A stretch of DNA of 64,000 bases from Azolla caroliniana (GCA_043228905.1 JBHGNT010000001.1:25110001-25174000), one strand, 5' to 3'. Shown: positions 9,354-23,486, numbered from the stretch's first letter. Numbers and translations are program-made. Notes: generated by a model from the letters alone, not told the origin.

Positions 9354-10111
9354 ATTAGGATTAGGTTCCGCTTCTCGAGAATCGGAATACAACGAGACTG
9401 TTGCGCAATCAATACACGCGTGGATCCCTTGGGGAAGGGATAACATCGCGTATTTGAGCGTAATCATCGATCACGACGATGCCGTTCACATATTTCTAAT
9501 GCGCATTCGCTCGAGGGAACATATGAACAATGCCTTTCTTGCTTACGCTCGCCGTGCTCCTGCCTGGCCTGGTTTGAATACAAGCGAGTAGACGCAAGAA
9601 TGTGATGACGCCCAGTCGTTGTATGATGTGTATTTGGACGTGGTCCTCAACAAGGATGACGTCGTTTGAAATTTAGAAACAATCTACACGAAGGCCACCG
9701 CTAAGACGTCGCATGCGCGATACTCTTCATTTGGTTAGAGTAGAGTGCGCGTATTCGAGATTCAACGATGCAAATTTACGTACGAGTGGAAGAACCTAGC
9801 GGCCGGTATCATGAGACGAGAACGGTATCTACACATCGGAGATTGACAGTTTGAGACGAAAACTCTTCTCGAAGGTCATTTGTATGGTCATGCATGCTTT
9901 TCTATGGATTGCATGCGTCACACCGCACACCTTTATCCGATAAACCCATTTAAGCGCATCTCCGTAATGTGGCGAGTAATAGAATGGTAAGGTAAAGTGA
10001 CAAGAGATCCCATGAAAAATACGATGATCAAGAAATATGATGAGAAATATGAGATCCTATCCGATCACGTGCGAGATCTTCATTCCTTTCACGTTTCGAT
10101 GAATGGTCGAA

Positions 10112-10184
10112 GATCCTATGGCCTAATGGATAAGGCGTTGGTCTTCGAAACCAAAGATTCTAGGTTCGACCCCTAGTAGGATCG
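10112..10184 (+). tRNA. tRNA-Arg(TCG) copy 2
   Basis: As copy 1. Confidence 0.9.
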
Positions 10185-10460
10185 GTTTAGAATCGTGACC
10201 CTAGTGTACGTCGACATCAAGAACACGACGACCAAGGATCATTCACGGAGTCATAATGCGCATCCGTCTCGACCGTCTAGAAAATGCGCGGATCTTGTAT
10301 CCGCCGTTTTGGCTTAATGGATGCATTCATTTACGAGGATGATGATGTTTAATAGGTAAAAGAAATGGAACGGTTTATCCGGCACAAATTCCTCATCAAA
10401 AGTGCATGGCACGTCCATCGCGATCCTCAATGGAAGTACATTTTCCAATGGAAAACCGAA

Positions 10461-10533
10461 GATCCTATGGCCCAATGGATAAGGCGCTGGTCTACGAAAC
10501 CAGAGATTCTAGGTTCGATCCCTGGTGGGATCG
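10461..10533 (+). tRNA. tRNA-Arg(ACG) copy 3
   Basis: As copy 1 (G67). Confidence 0.9.
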
Positions 10534-11291
10534 ATTAGGATTAGGTTCCGCTTCTCGAGAATCGGAATACAACGAGACTGTTGCGCAATCAATACACGCG
10601 TGGATCCCTTGGGGAAGGGATAACATCGCGTATTTGAGCGTAATCATCGATCACGACGATGCCGTTCACATATTTCTAATGCGCATTCGCTCGAGGGAAC
10701 ATATGAACAATGCCTTTCTTGCTTACGCTCGCCGTGCTCCTGCCTGGCCTGGTTTGAATACAAGCGAGTAGACGCAAGAATGTGATGACGCCCAGTCGTT
10801 GTATGATGTGTATTTGGACGTCGTCCTCAACAAGGATGACGTCGTTTGAAATTTAGAAACCATCTACACGAAGGCCACCGCTAAGACGTCGCATGCGCGA
10901 TACTCTTCATTTGGTTAGAGTAGAGTGCGCGTATTCGAGATTCAACGATGCAAATTTACGTACGAGTGGAAGAACCTAGCGGCCGGTATCATGAGACGAG
11001 AACGGTATCTACACATCGGAGATTGACAGTTTGAGACGAAAACTCTTCTCGAAGGTCATTTGTATGGTCATGCATGCTTTTCTATGGATTGCATGCGTCA
11101 CACCGCACACCTTTATCCGATAAACCCATTTAAGCGCATCTCCGTAATGTGGCGAGTAATAGAATGGTAAGGTAAAGTGACAAGAGATCCCATGAAAAAT
11201 ACGATGATCAAGAAATATGATGAGAAATATGAGATCCTATCCGATCACGTGCGAGATCTTCATTCCTTTCACGTTTCGATGAATGGTCGAA

Positions 11292-11364
11292 GATCCTATG
11301 GCCTAATGGATAAGGCGTTGGTCTTCGAAACCAAAGATTCTAGGTTCGACCCCTAGTAGGATCG
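11292..11364 (+). tRNA. tRNA-Arg(TCG) copy 3
   Basis: As copy 1. Confidence 0.9.
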
Positions 11365-11640
11365 GTTTAGAATCGTGACCCTAGTGTACGTCGACATCAA
11401 GAACACGACGACCAAGGATCATTCACGGAGTCATAATGCGCATCCGTCTCGACCGTCTAGAAAATGCGCGGATCTTGTATCCGCCGTTTTGGCTTAATGG
11501 ATGCATTCATTTACGAGGATGATGATGTTTAATAGGTAAAAGAAATGGAACGGTTTATCCGGCACAAATTCCTCATCAAAAGTGCATCGCACGTCCATCG
11601 CGATCCTCAATGGAAGTACATTTTCCAATGGAAAACCGAA

Positions 11641-11713
11641 GATCCTATGGCCAAATGGATAAGGCGCTGGTCTACGAAACCAGAGATTCTAGGTTCGATC
11701 CCTGGTGGGATCG
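11641..11713 (+). tRNA. tRNA-Arg(ACG) copy 4 (C13>A)
   Basis: G67 plus a private C13>A. Confidence 0.85.
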
Positions 11714-12471
11714 ATTAGGATTAGGTTCCGCTTCTCGAGAATCGAAATACAACGAGACTGTTGCGCAATCAATACACGCGTGGATCCCTTGGGGAAGGGA
11801 TAACATCGCGTATTTGAGCGTAATCATCGATCACGACGATGCCGTTCACATATTTCTAATGCGCATTCGCTCGAGGGAACATATGAACAATGCCTTTCTT
11901 GCTTACGCTCGCCGTGCTCCTGCCTGGCCTGGGTTGAATACAAGCGAGTAGACGCAAGAATGTGATGACGCCCAGTCGTTGTATGATGTGTATTTGGACG
12001 TGGTCCTCAACAAGGATGACGTCGTTTGAAATTTAGAAACCATCTACACGAAGGCCACCGCTAAGACGTCGCATGCGCGATACTCTTCATTTGGTTAGAG
12101 TAGAGTGCGCGTATTCGAGATTCAACGATGCAAATTTACGTACGAGTGGAAGAACCTAGCGGCCGGTATCATGAGACGAGAACGGTATCTACACATCGGA
12201 GATTGACAGTTTGAGACGAAAACTCTTCTCGAAGGTCATTTGTATGGTCATGCATGCTTTTCTATGGATTGCATGCGTCACACCGCACACCTTTATCCGA
12301 TAAACCCATTTAAGCGCATCTCCGTAATGTGGCGAGTAATAGAATGGTAAGGTAAAGTGACAAGAGATCCCATGAAAAATACGATGATCAAGAAATATGA
12401 TGAGAAATATGAGATCCTATCCGATCACGTGCGAGATCTTCATTCCTTTCACGTTTCGATGAATGGTCGAA

Positions 12472-12544
12472 GATCCTATGGCCTAATGGATAAGGCGTTG
12501 GTCTTCGAAACCAAAGATTCTAGGTTCGACCCCTAGTAGGATCG
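12472..12544 (+). tRNA. tRNA-Arg(TCG) copy 4
   Basis: As copy 1. Confidence 0.9.
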
Positions 12545-12820
12545 GTTTAGAATCGTGACCCTAGTGTACGTCGACATCAAGAACACGACGACCAAGGATC
12601 ATTCACGGAGTCATAATGCGCATCCGTCTCGACCGTCTAGAAAATGCGCGGATCTTGTATCCGCCGTTTTGGCTTAATGGATGCATTCATTTACGAGGAT
12701 GATGATGTTTAATAGGTAAAAGAAATGGAACGGTTTATCCGGCACAAATTCCTCATCAAAAGTGCATGGCACGTCCATCGCGATCCTCAATGGAAGTACA
12801 TTTTCCAATGGAAAACCGAA

Positions 12821-12893
12821 GATCCTATGGCCCAATGGATAAGGCGCTGGTCTACGAAACCAGAGATTCTAGGTTCGATCCCTGGTGGGATCG
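12821..12893 (+). tRNA. tRNA-Arg(ACG) copy 5
   Basis: G67 variant. Confidence 0.9.
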
Positions 12894-13651
12894 ATTAGGA
12901 TTAGGTTCCGCTTCTCGAGAATCGGAATACAACGAGACTGTTGCGCAATCAATACACGCGTGGATCCCTTGGGGAAGGGATAACATCGCGTATTTGAGCG
13001 TAATCATCGATCACGACGATGCCGTTCACATATTTCTAATGCGCATTCGCTCGAGGGAACATATGAACAATGCCTTTCTTGCTTACGCTCGCCGTGCTCC
13101 TGCCTGGCCTGGGTTGAATACAAGCGAGTAGACGCAAGAATGTGATGACGCCCAGTCGTTGTATGATGTGTATTTGGACGTGGTCCTCAACAAGGATGAC
13201 GTCGTTTGAAATTTAGAAACCATCTACACGAAGGCCACCGCTAAGACGTCGCATGCGCGATACTCTTCATTTGGTTAGAGTAGAGTGCGCGTATTCGAGA
13301 TTCAACGATGCAAATTTACGTACGAGTGGAAGAACCTAGCGGCCGGTATCATGAGACGAGAACGGTATCTACACATCGGAGATTGACAGTTTGAGACGAA
13401 AACTCTTCTCGAAGGTCATTTGTATGGTCATGCATGCTTTTCTATGGATTGCATGCGTCACACCGCACACCTTTATCCGATAAACCCATTTAAGCGCATC
13501 TCCGTAATGTGGCGAGTAATAGAATGGTAAGGTAAAGTGACAAGAGATCCCATGAAAAATACGATGATCAAGAAATATGATGAGAAATATGAGATCCTAT
13601 CCGATCACGTGCGAGATCTTCATTCCTTTCACGTTTCGATGAATGGTCGAA

Positions 13652-13724
13652 GATCCTATGGCCTAATGGATAAGGCGTTGGTCTTCGAAACCAAAGATTC
13701 TAGGTTCGACCCCTAGTAGGATCG
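13652..13724 (+). tRNA. tRNA-Arg(TCG) copy 5
   Basis: As copy 1. Confidence 0.9.
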
Positions 13725-14000
13725 GTTTAGAATCGTGACCCTAGTGTACGTCGACATCAAGAACACGACGACCAAGGATCATTCACGGAGTCATAATGCG
13801 CATCCGTCTCGACCGTCTAGAAAATGCGCGGATCTTGTATCCGCCGTTTTGGCTTAATGGATGCATTCATTTACGAGGATGATGATGTTTAATAGGTAAA
13901 AGAAATGGAACGGTTTATCCGGCACAAATTCCTCATCAAAAGTGCATCGCACGTCCATCGCGATCCTCAATGGAAGTACATTTTCCAATGGAAAACCGAA

Positions 14001-14073
14001 GATCCTATGGCCCAATGGATAAGGCGCTGGTCTACGAAACCAGAGATTCTAGGTTCGATCCCTGGTGGGATCG
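14001..14073 (+). tRNA. tRNA-Arg(ACG) copy 6
   Basis: G67 variant. Confidence 0.9.
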
Positions 14074-14831
14074 ATTAGGATTAGGTTCCGCTTCTCGAGA
14101 ATCGGAATACAACGAGACTGTTGCGCAATCAATACACGCGTGGATCCCTTGGGGAAGGGATAACATCGCGTATTTGAGCGTAATCATCGATCACGACGAT
14201 GCCGTTCACATATTTCTAATGCGCATTCGCTCGAGGGAACATATGAACAATGCCTTTCTTGCTTACGCTCGCCGTGCTCCTGCCTGGCCTGGGTTGAATA
14301 CAAGCGAGTAGACGCAAGAATGTGATGACGCCCAGTCGTTGTATGATGTGTATTTGGACGTGGTCCTCAACAAGGATGACGTCGTTTGAAATTTAGAAAC
14401 CATCTACACGAAGGCCACCGCTAAGACGTCGCATGCGCGATACTCTTCATTTGGTTAGAGTAGAGTGCGCGTATTCGAGATTCAACGATGCAAATTTACG
14501 TACGAGTGGAAGAACCTAGCGGCCGGTATCATGAGACGAGAACGGTATCTACACATCGGAGATTGACAGTTTGAGACGAAAACTCTTCTCGAAGGTCATT
14601 TGTATGGTCATGCATGCTTTTCTATGGATTGCATGCGTCACACCGCACACCTTTATCCGATAAACCCATTTAAGCGCATCTCCGTAATGTGGCGAGTAAT
14701 AGAATGGTAAGGTAAAGTGACAAGAGATCCCATGAAAAATACGATGATCAAGAAATATGATGAGAAATATGAGATCCTATCCGATCACGTGCGAGATCTT
14801 CATTCCTTTCACGTTTCGATGAATGGTCGAA

Positions 14832-14904
14832 GATCCTATGGCCTAATGGATAAGGCGTTGGTCTTCGAAACCAAAGATTCTAGGTTCGACCCCTAGTAGG
14901 ATCG
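14832..14904 (+). tRNA. tRNA-Arg(TCG) copy 6
   Basis: As copy 1. Confidence 0.9.
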
Positions 14905-15180
14905 GTTTAGAATCGTGACCCTAGTGTACGTCGACATCAAGAACACGACGACCAAGGATCATTCACGGAGTCATAATGCGCATCCGTCTCGACCGTCTAG
15001 AAAATGCGCGGATCTTGTATCCGCCGTTTTGGCTTAATGGATGCATTCATTTACGAGGATGATGATGTTTAATAGGTAAAAGAAATGGAACGGTTTATCC
15101 GGCACAAATTCCTCATCAAAAGTGCATCGCACGTCCATCGCGATCCTCAATGGAAGTACATTTTCCAATGGAAAACCGAA

Positions 15181-15253
15181 GATCCTATGGCCCAATGGAT
15201 AAGGCGCTGGTCTACGAAACCAGAGATTCTAGGTTCGATCCCTGGTGGGATCG
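15181..15253 (+). tRNA. tRNA-Arg(ACG) copy 7
   Basis: G67 variant. Confidence 0.9.
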
Positions 15254-16011
15254 ATTAGGATTAGGTTCCGCTTCTCGAGAATCGGAATACAACGAGACTG
15301 TTGCGCAATCAATACACGCGTGGATCCCTTGGGGAAGGGATAACATCGCGTATTTGAGCGTAATCATCGATCACGACGATGCCGTTCACATATTTCTAAT
15401 GCGCATTCGCTCGAGGGAACATATGAACAATGCCTTTCTTGCTTACGCTCGCCGTGCTCCTGCCTGGCCTGGGTTGAATACAAGCGAGTAGACGCAAGAC
15501 TGTGATGACGCCCAGTCGTTGTATGATGTGTATTTGGACGTGGTCCTCAACAAGGATGACGTCGTTTGAAATTTAGAAACCATCTACACGAAGGCCACCG
15601 CTAAGACGTCGCATGCGCGATACTCTTCATTTGGTTAGAGTAGAGTGCGCGTATTCGAGATTCAACGATGCAAATTTACGTACGAGTGGAAGAACCTAGC
15701 GGCCGGTATCATGAGACGAGAACGGTATCTACACATCGGAGATTGACAGTTTGAGACGAAAACTCTTCTCGAAGGTCATTTGTATGGTCATGCATGCTTT
15801 TCTATGGATTGCATGCGTCACACCGCACACCTTTATCCGATAAACCCATTTAAGCGCATCTCCGTAATGTGGCGAGTAATAGAATGGTAAGGTAAAGTGA
15901 CAAGAGATCCCATGAAAAATACGATGATCAAGAAATATGATGAGAAATATGAGATCCTATCCGATCACGTGCGAGATCTTCATTCCTTTCACGTTTCGAT
16001 GAATGGTCGAA

Positions 16012-16084
16012 GATCCTATGGCCTAATGGATAAGGCGTTGGTCTTCGAAACCAAAGATTCTAGGTTCGACCCCTAGTAGGATCG
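16012..16084 (+). tRNA. tRNA-Arg(TCG) copy 7
   Basis: As copy 1. Confidence 0.9.
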
Positions 16085-16360
16085 GTTTAGAATCGTGACC
16101 CTAGTGTACGTCGACATCAAGAACACGACGACCAAGGATCATTCACGGAGTCATAATGCGCATCCGTCTCGACCGTCTAGAAAATGCGCGGATCTTGTAT
16201 CCGCCGTTTTGGCTTAATGGATGCATTCATTTACGAGGATGATGATGTTTAATAGGTAAAAGAAATGGAACGGTTTATCCGGCACAAATTCCTCATCAAA
16301 AGTGCATCGCACGTCCATCGCGATCCTCAATGGAAGTACATTTTCCAATGGAAAACCGAA

Positions 16361-16433
16361 GATCCTATGGCCCAATGGATAAGGCGCTGGTCTACGAAAC
16401 CAGAGATTCTAGGTTCGATCCCTGGTGGGATCG
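16361..16433 (+). tRNA. tRNA-Arg(ACG) copy 8
   Basis: G67 variant. Confidence 0.9.
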
Positions 16434-17191
16434 ATTAGGATTAGGTTCCGCTTCTCGAGAATCGGAATACAACGAGACTGTTGCGCAATCAATACACGCG
16501 TGGATCCCTTGGGGAAGGGATAACATCGCGTATTTGAGCGTAATCATCGATCACGACGATGCCGTTCACATATTTCTAATGCGCATTCGCTCGAGGGAAC
16601 ATATGAACAATGCCTTTCTTGCTTACGCTCGCCGTGCTCCTGCCTGGCCTGGGTTGAATACAAGCGAGTAGACGCAAGAATGTGATGACGCCCAGTCGTT
16701 GTATGATGTGTATTTGGACGTGGTCCTCAACAAGGATGACGTCGTTTGAAATTTAGAAACCATCTACACGAAGGCCACCGCTAAGACGTCGCATGCGCGA
16801 TACTCTTCATTTGGTTAGAGTAGAGTGCGCGTATTCGAGATTCAACGATGCAAATTTACGTACGAGTGGAAGAACCTAGCGGCCGGTATCATGAGACGAG
16901 AACGGTATCTACACATCGGAGATTGACAGTTTGAGACGAAAACTCTTCTCGAAGGTCATTTGTATGGTCATGCATGCTTTTCTATGGATTGCATGCGTCA
17001 CACCGCACACCTTTATCCGATAAACCCATTTAAGCGCATCTCCGTAATGTGGCGAGTAATAGAATGGTAAGGTAAAGTGACAAGAGATCCCATGAAAAAT
17101 ACGATGATCAAGAAATATGATGAGAAATATGAGATCCTATCCGATCACGTGCGAGATCTTCATTCCTTTCACGTTTCGATGAATGGTCGAA

Positions 17192-17264
17192 GATCCTATG
17201 GCCTAATGGATAAGGCGTTGGTCTTCGAAACCAAAGATTCTAGGTTCGACCCCTAGTAGGATCG
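17192..17264 (+). tRNA. tRNA-Arg(TCG) copy 8
   Basis: As copy 1. Confidence 0.9.
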
Positions 17265-17540
17265 GTTTAGAATCGTGACCCTAGTGTACGTCGACATCAA
17301 GAACACGACGACCAAGGATCATTCACGGAGTCATAATGCGCATCCGTCTCGACCGTCTAGAAAATGCGCGGATCTTGTATCCGCCGTTTTGGCTTAATGG
17401 ATGCATTCATTTACGAGGATGATGATGTTTAATAGGTAAAAGAAATGGAACGGTTTATCCGGCACAAATTCCTCATCAAAAGTGCATGGCACGTCCATCG
17501 CGATCCTCAATGGAAGTACATTTTCCAATGGAAAACCGAA

Positions 17541-17613
17541 GATCCTATGGCCCAATGGATAAGGCGCTGGTCTACGAAACCAGAGATTCTAGGTTCGATC
17601 CCTGGTGGGATCG
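17541..17613 (+). tRNA. tRNA-Arg(ACG) copy 9
   Basis: Last G67 copy. Confidence 0.9.
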
Positions 17614-18371
17614 ATTAGGATTAGGTTCCGCTTCTCGAGAATCGGAATACAACGAGACTGTTGCGCAATCAATACACGCGTGGATCCCTTGGGGAAGGGA
17701 TAACATCGCGTATTTGAGCGTAATCATCGATCACGACGATGCCGTTCACATATTTCTAATGCGCATTCGCTCGAGGGAACATATGAACAATGCCTTTCTT
17801 GCTTACGCTCGCCGTGCTCCTGCCTGGCCTGGGTTGAATACAAGCGAGTAGACGCAAGACTGTGATGACGCCCAGTCGTTGTATGATGTGTATTTGGACG
17901 TGGTCCTCAACAAGGATGACGTCGTTTGAAATTTAGAAACCATCTACACGAAGGCCACCGCTAAGACGTCGCATGCGCGATACTCTTCATTTGGTTAGAG
18001 TAGAGTGCGCGTATTCGAGATTCAACGATGCAAATTTACGTACGAGTGGAAGAACCTAGCGGCCGGTATCATGAGACGAGAACGGTATCTACACATCGGA
18101 GATTGACAGTTTGAGACGAAAACTCTTCTCGAAGGTCATTTGTATGGTCATGCATGCTTTTCTATGGATTGCATGCGTCACACCGCACACCTTTATCCGA
18201 TAAACCCATTTAAGCGCATCTCCGTAATGTGGCGAGTAATAGAATGGTAAGGTAAAGTGACAAGAGATCCCATGAAAAATACGATGATCAAGAAATATGA
18301 TGAGAAATATGAGATCCTATCCGATCACGTGCGAGATCTTCATTCCTTTCACGTTTCGATGAATGGTCGAA

Positions 18372-18444
18372 GATCCTATGGCCTAATGGATAAGGCGTTG
18401 GTCTTCGAAACCAAAGATTCTAGGTTCGACCCCTAGTAGGATCG
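18372..18444 (+). tRNA. tRNA-Arg(TCG) copy 9
   Basis: As copy 1. Confidence 0.9.
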
Positions 18445-18720
18445 GTTCAGAATCGTGACCCTAGTGTACGTCGACATCAAGAACACGACGACCAAGGATC
18501 ATTCACGGAGTCATAATGCGCATCCGTCTCGACCGTCTAGAAAATGCGCGGATCTTGTATCCGCCGTTTTGGCTTAATGGATGCATTCATTTACGAGGAT
18601 GATGATGTTTAATAGGTAAAAGAAATGGAACGGTTTATCCGGCACAAATTCCTCATCAAAAGTGCATCGCACGTCCATCGCGATCCTCAATGGAAGTACA
18701 TTTTCCAATGGAAAACCGAA

Positions 18721-18793
18721 GATCCTATGGCCCAATGGATAAGGCGCTGGTCTACGAAACCAGAGATTCTAGGTTCGATCCCTGGTAGGATCG
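18721..18793 (+). tRNA. tRNA-Arg(ACG) copy 10
   Basis: A67, perfect GATCCTA/TAGGATC acceptor stem. Confidence 0.92.
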
Positions 18794-19524
18794 ATTAGGA
18801 TTAGGTTCCGCTTCTCGAGAATCGGAATACAACGAGACTGTTGCGCAATCAATACACGCGTGGATCCCTTGGGGAAGGGATAACATCGCGTATTTGAGCG
18901 TAATCATCGATCACGACGATGCCGTTCACATATTTCTAATGCGCATTCGCTCGAGGGAACATATGAACAATGCCTTTCTTGCTTACGCTCGCCGTGCTCC
19001 TGCCTGGCCTGGTTTGAATACAAGCGAGTAGACGCAAGAATGTGATGACGCCCAGTCGTTGTATGATGTGTATTTGGACGTGGTCCTCAACAAGGATGAC
19101 GTCGTTTGAAATTTAGAAACCATCTACACGAAGGCCACCGCTAAGACGTCGCATGCGCGATACTCTTCATTTGGTTAGAGTAGAATGCGCGTATTCGAGA
19201 TTCAACGATGCAAATTTACGTACGAGTGGAAGAACCTAGCGGCCGGTATCATGAGACGACAGTTTGAGACGAAAACTCTTCTCGAAGGTCATTTGTATGG
19301 TCATGCATGCTTTTCTATGGATTGCATGCGTCACACCGCACACCTTTATCCGATAAACCCATTTAAGCGCATCTCCGTAATGTGGCGAGTAATAGAATGG
19401 TAAGGTAAAGTGACAAGAGATCCCATGAAAAATACGATGATCAAGAAATATGATGAGAAATATGAGATCCTATCCGATCACGTGCGAGATCTTCATTCCT
19501 TTCACGTTTCGATGAATGGTCGAA

Positions 19525-19597
19525 GATCCTATGGCCTAATGGATAAGGCGTTGGTCTTCGAAACCAAAGATTCTAGGTTCGACCCCTAGTAGGATCG
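19525..19597 (+). tRNA. tRNA-Arg(TCG) copy 10
   Basis: As copy 1. Confidence 0.9.
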
Positions 19598-19873
19598 GTT
19601 TAGAATCGTGACCCTAGTGTACGTCGACATCAAGAACACGACGACCAAGGATCATTCACGGAGTCATAATGCGCATCCGTCTCGACCGTCTAGAAAATGC
19701 GCGGATCTTGTATCCGCTGTTTTGGCTTAATGGATGCATTCATTTACGAGGATGATGATGTTTAATAGGTAAAAGAAATGGAACGGTTTATCCGGCACAA
19801 ATTCCTCATCAAAAGTGCATCGCACGTCCATCGCGATCCTCAATGGAAGTACATTTTCCAATGGAAAACCGAA

Positions 19874-19946
19874 GATCCTATGGCCCAATGGATAAGGCGC
19901 TGGTCTACGAAACCAGAGATTCTAGGTTCGATCCCTGGTAGGATCG
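19874..19946 (+). tRNA. tRNA-Arg(ACG) copy 11
   Basis: As copy 10. Confidence 0.9.
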
Positions 19947-20704
19947 ATTAGGATTAGGTTCCGCTTCTCGAGAATCGGAATACAACGAGACTGTTGCGCA
20001 ATCAATACACGCGTGGATCCCTTGGGGAAGGGATAACATCGCGTATTTGAGCGTAATCATCGATCACGACGATGCCGTTCACATATTTCTAATGCGCATT
20101 CGCTCGAGGGAACATATGAACAATGCCTTTCTTGCTTACGCTCGCCGTGCTCCTGCCTGGCCTGGTTTGAATACAAGCGAGTAGACGCAAGAATGTGATG
20201 ACGCCCAGTCGTTGTATGATGTGTATTTGGACGTGGTCCTCAACAAGGATGACGTCGTTTGAAATTTAGAAACCATCTACACGAAGGCCACCGCTAAGAC
20301 GTCGCATGCGCGATACTCTTCATTTGGTTAGAGTAGAATGCGCGTATTCGAGATTCAACGATGCAAATTTACGTACGAGTGGAAGAACCTAGCGGCCGGT
20401 ATCATGAGACGAGAACGGTATCTACACATCGGAGATTGACAGTTTGAGACGAAAACTCTTCTCGAAGGTCATTTGTATGGTCATGCATGCTTTTCTATGG
20501 ATTGCATGCGTCACACCGCACACCTTTATCCGATAAACCCATTTAAGCGCATCTCCGTAATGTGGCGAGTAATAGAATGGTAAGGTAAAGTGACAAGAGA
20601 TCCCATGAAAAATACGATGATCAAGAAATATGATGAGAAATATGAGATCCTATCCGATCACGTGCGAGATCTTCATTCCTTTCACGTTTCGATGAATGGT
20701 CGAA

Positions 20705-20777
20705 GATCCTATGGCCTAATGGATAAGGCGTTGGTCTTCGAAACCAAAGATTCTAGGTTCGACCCCTAGTAGGATCG
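20705..20777 (+). tRNA. tRNA-Arg(TCG) copy 11
   Basis: As copy 1. Confidence 0.9.
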
Positions 20778-21053
20778 GTTTAGAATCGTGACCCTAGTGT
20801 ACGTCGACATCAAGAACACGACGACCAAGGATCATTCACGGAGTCATAATGCGCATCCGTCTCGACCGTCTAGAAAATGCGCGGATCTTGTATCCGCTGT
20901 TTTGGCTTAATGGATGCATTCATTTACGAGGATGATGATGTTTAATAGGTAAAAGAAATGGAACGGTTTATCCGGCACAAATTCCTCATCAAAAGTGCAT
21001 CGCACGTCCATCGCGATCCTCAATGGAAGTACATTTTCCAATGGAAAACCGAA

Positions 21054-21126
21054 GATCCTATGGCCCAATGGATAAGGCGCTGGTCTACGAAACCAGAGAT
21101 TCTAGGTTCGATCCCTGGTAGGATCG
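21054..21126 (+). tRNA. tRNA-Arg(ACG) copy 12
   Basis: As copy 10. Confidence 0.9.
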
Positions 21127-21884
21127 ATTAGGATTAGGTTCCGCTTCTCGAGAATCGGAATACAACGAGACTGTTGCGCAATCAATACACGCGTGGATCC
21201 CTTGGGGAAGGGATAACATCGCGTATTTGAGCGTAATCATCGATCACGACGATGCCGTTCACATATTTCTAATGCGCATTCGCTCGAGGGAACATATGAA
21301 CAATGCCTTTCTTGCTTACGCTCGCCGTGCTCCTGCCTGGCCTGGTTTGAATACAAGCGAGTAGACGCAAGAATGTGATGACGCCCAGTCGTTGTATGAT
21401 GTGTATTTGGACGTGGTCCTCAACAAGGATGACGTCGTTTGAAATTTAGAAACCATCTACACGAAGGCCACCGCTAAGACGTCGCATGCGCGATACTCTT
21501 CATTTGGTTAGAGTAGAGTGCGCGTATTCGAGATTCAACGATGCAAATTTACGTACGAGTGGAAGAACCTAGCGGCCGGTATCATGAGACGAGAACGGTA
21601 TCTACACATCGGAGATTGACAGTTTGAGACGAAAACTCTTCTCGAAGGTCATTTGTATGGTCATGCATGCTTTTCTATGGATTGCATGCGTCACACCGCA
21701 CACCTTTATCCGATAAACCCATTTAAGCGCATCTCCGTAATGTGGCGAGTAATAGAATGGTAAGGTAAAGTGACAAGAGATCCCATGAAAAATACGATGA
21801 TCAAGAAATATGATGAGAAATATGAGATCCTATCCGATCACGTGCGAGATCTTCATTCCTTTCACGTTTCGATGAATGGTCGAA

Positions 21885-21957
21885 GATCCTATGGCCTAAT
21901 GGATAAGGCGTTGGTCTTCGAAACCAAAGATTCTAGGTTCGACCCCTAGTAGGATCG
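21885..21957 (+). tRNA. tRNA-Arg(TCG) copy 12
   Basis: As copy 1. Confidence 0.9.
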
Positions 21958-22233
21958 GTTTAGAATCGTGACCCTAGTGTACGTCGACATCAAGAACACG
22001 ACGACCAAGGATCATTCACGGAGTCATAATGCGCATCCGTCTCGACCGTCTAGAAAATGCGCGGATCTTGTATCCGCTGTTTTGGCTTAATGGATGCATT
22101 CATTTACGAGGATGATGATGTTTAATAGGTAAAAGAAATGGAACGGTTTATCCGGCACAAATTCCTCATCAAAAGTGCATCGCACGTCCATCGCGATCCT
22201 CAATGGAAGTACATTTTCCAATGGAAAACCGAA

Positions 22234-22306
22234 GATCCTATGGCCCAATGGATAAGGCGCTGGTCTACGAAACCAGAGATTCTAGGTTCGATCCCTGGTA
22301 GGATCG
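22234..22306 (+). tRNA. tRNA-Arg(ACG) copy 13
   Basis: As copy 10. Confidence 0.9.
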
Positions 22307-23064
22307 ATTAGGATTAGGTTCCGCTTCTCGAGAATCGGAATACAACGAGACTGTTGCGCAATCAATACACGCGTGGATCCCTTGGGGAAGGGATAACATC
22401 GCGTATTTGAGCGTAATCATCGATCACGACGATGCCGTTCACATATTTCTAATGCGCATTCGCTCGAGGGAACATATGAACAATGCCTTTCTTGCTTACG
22501 CTCGCCGTGCTCCTGCCTGGCCTGGTTTGAATACAAGCGAGTAGACGCAAGAATGTGATGACGCCCAGTCGTTGTATGATGTGTATTTGGACGTGGTCCT
22601 CAACAAGGATGACGTCGTTTGAAATTTAGAAACCATCTACACGAAGGCCACCGCTAAGACGTCGCATGCGCGATACTCTTCATTTGGTTAGAGTAGAATG
22701 CGCGTATTCGAGATTCAACGATGCAAATTTACGTACGAGTGGAAGAACCTAGCGGCCGGTATCATGAGACGAGAACGGTATCTACACATCGGAGATTGAC
22801 AGTTTGAGACGAAAACTCTTCTCGAAGGTCATTTGTATGGTCATGCATGCTTTTCTATGGATTGCATGCGTCACACCGCACACCTTTATCCGATAAACCC
22901 ATTTAAGCGCATCTCCGTAATGTGGCGAGTAATAGAATGGTAAGGTAAAGTGACAAGAGATCCCATGAAAAATACGATGATCAAGAAATATGATGAGAAA
23001 TATGAGATCCTATCCGATCACGTGCGAGATCTTCATTCCTTTCACGTTTCGATGAATGGTCGAA

Positions 23065-23137
23065 GATCCTATGGCCTAATGGATAAGGCGTTGGTCTTCG
23101 AAACCAAAGATTCTAGGTTCGACCCCTAGTAGGATCG
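23065..23137 (+). tRNA. tRNA-Arg(TCG) copy 13
   Basis: As copy 1. Confidence 0.9.
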
Positions 23138-23413
23138 GTTTAGAATCGTGACCCTAGTGTACGTCGACATCAAGAACACGACGACCAAGGATCATTCACG
23201 GAGTCATAATGCGCATCCGTCTCGACCGTCTAGAAAATGCGCGGATCTTGTATCCGCTGTTTTGGCTTAATGGATGCATTCATTTACGAGGATGATGATG
23301 TTTAATAGGTAAAAGAAATGGAACGGTTTATCCGGCACAAATTCCTCATCAAAAGTGCATCGCACGTCCATCGCGATCCTCAATGGAAGTACATTTTCCA
23401 ATGGAAAACCGAA

Positions 23414-23486
23414 GATCCTATGGCCCAATGGATAAGGCGCTGGTCTACGAAACCAGAGATTCTAGGTTCGATCCCTGGTAGGATCG
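23414..23486 (+). tRNA. tRNA-Arg(ACG) copy 14
   Basis: As copy 10. Confidence 0.9.

Noticed and set aside
8070-17851. Repeated 113-121 aa ORFs (MEVHFPMENRRSYGPMDKALVYE...)
   Set aside because: They read through the tRNA gene and exist only because A67>G removes a TAG in units 1-9. They are absent from the other 22 units and have no domain resemblance.
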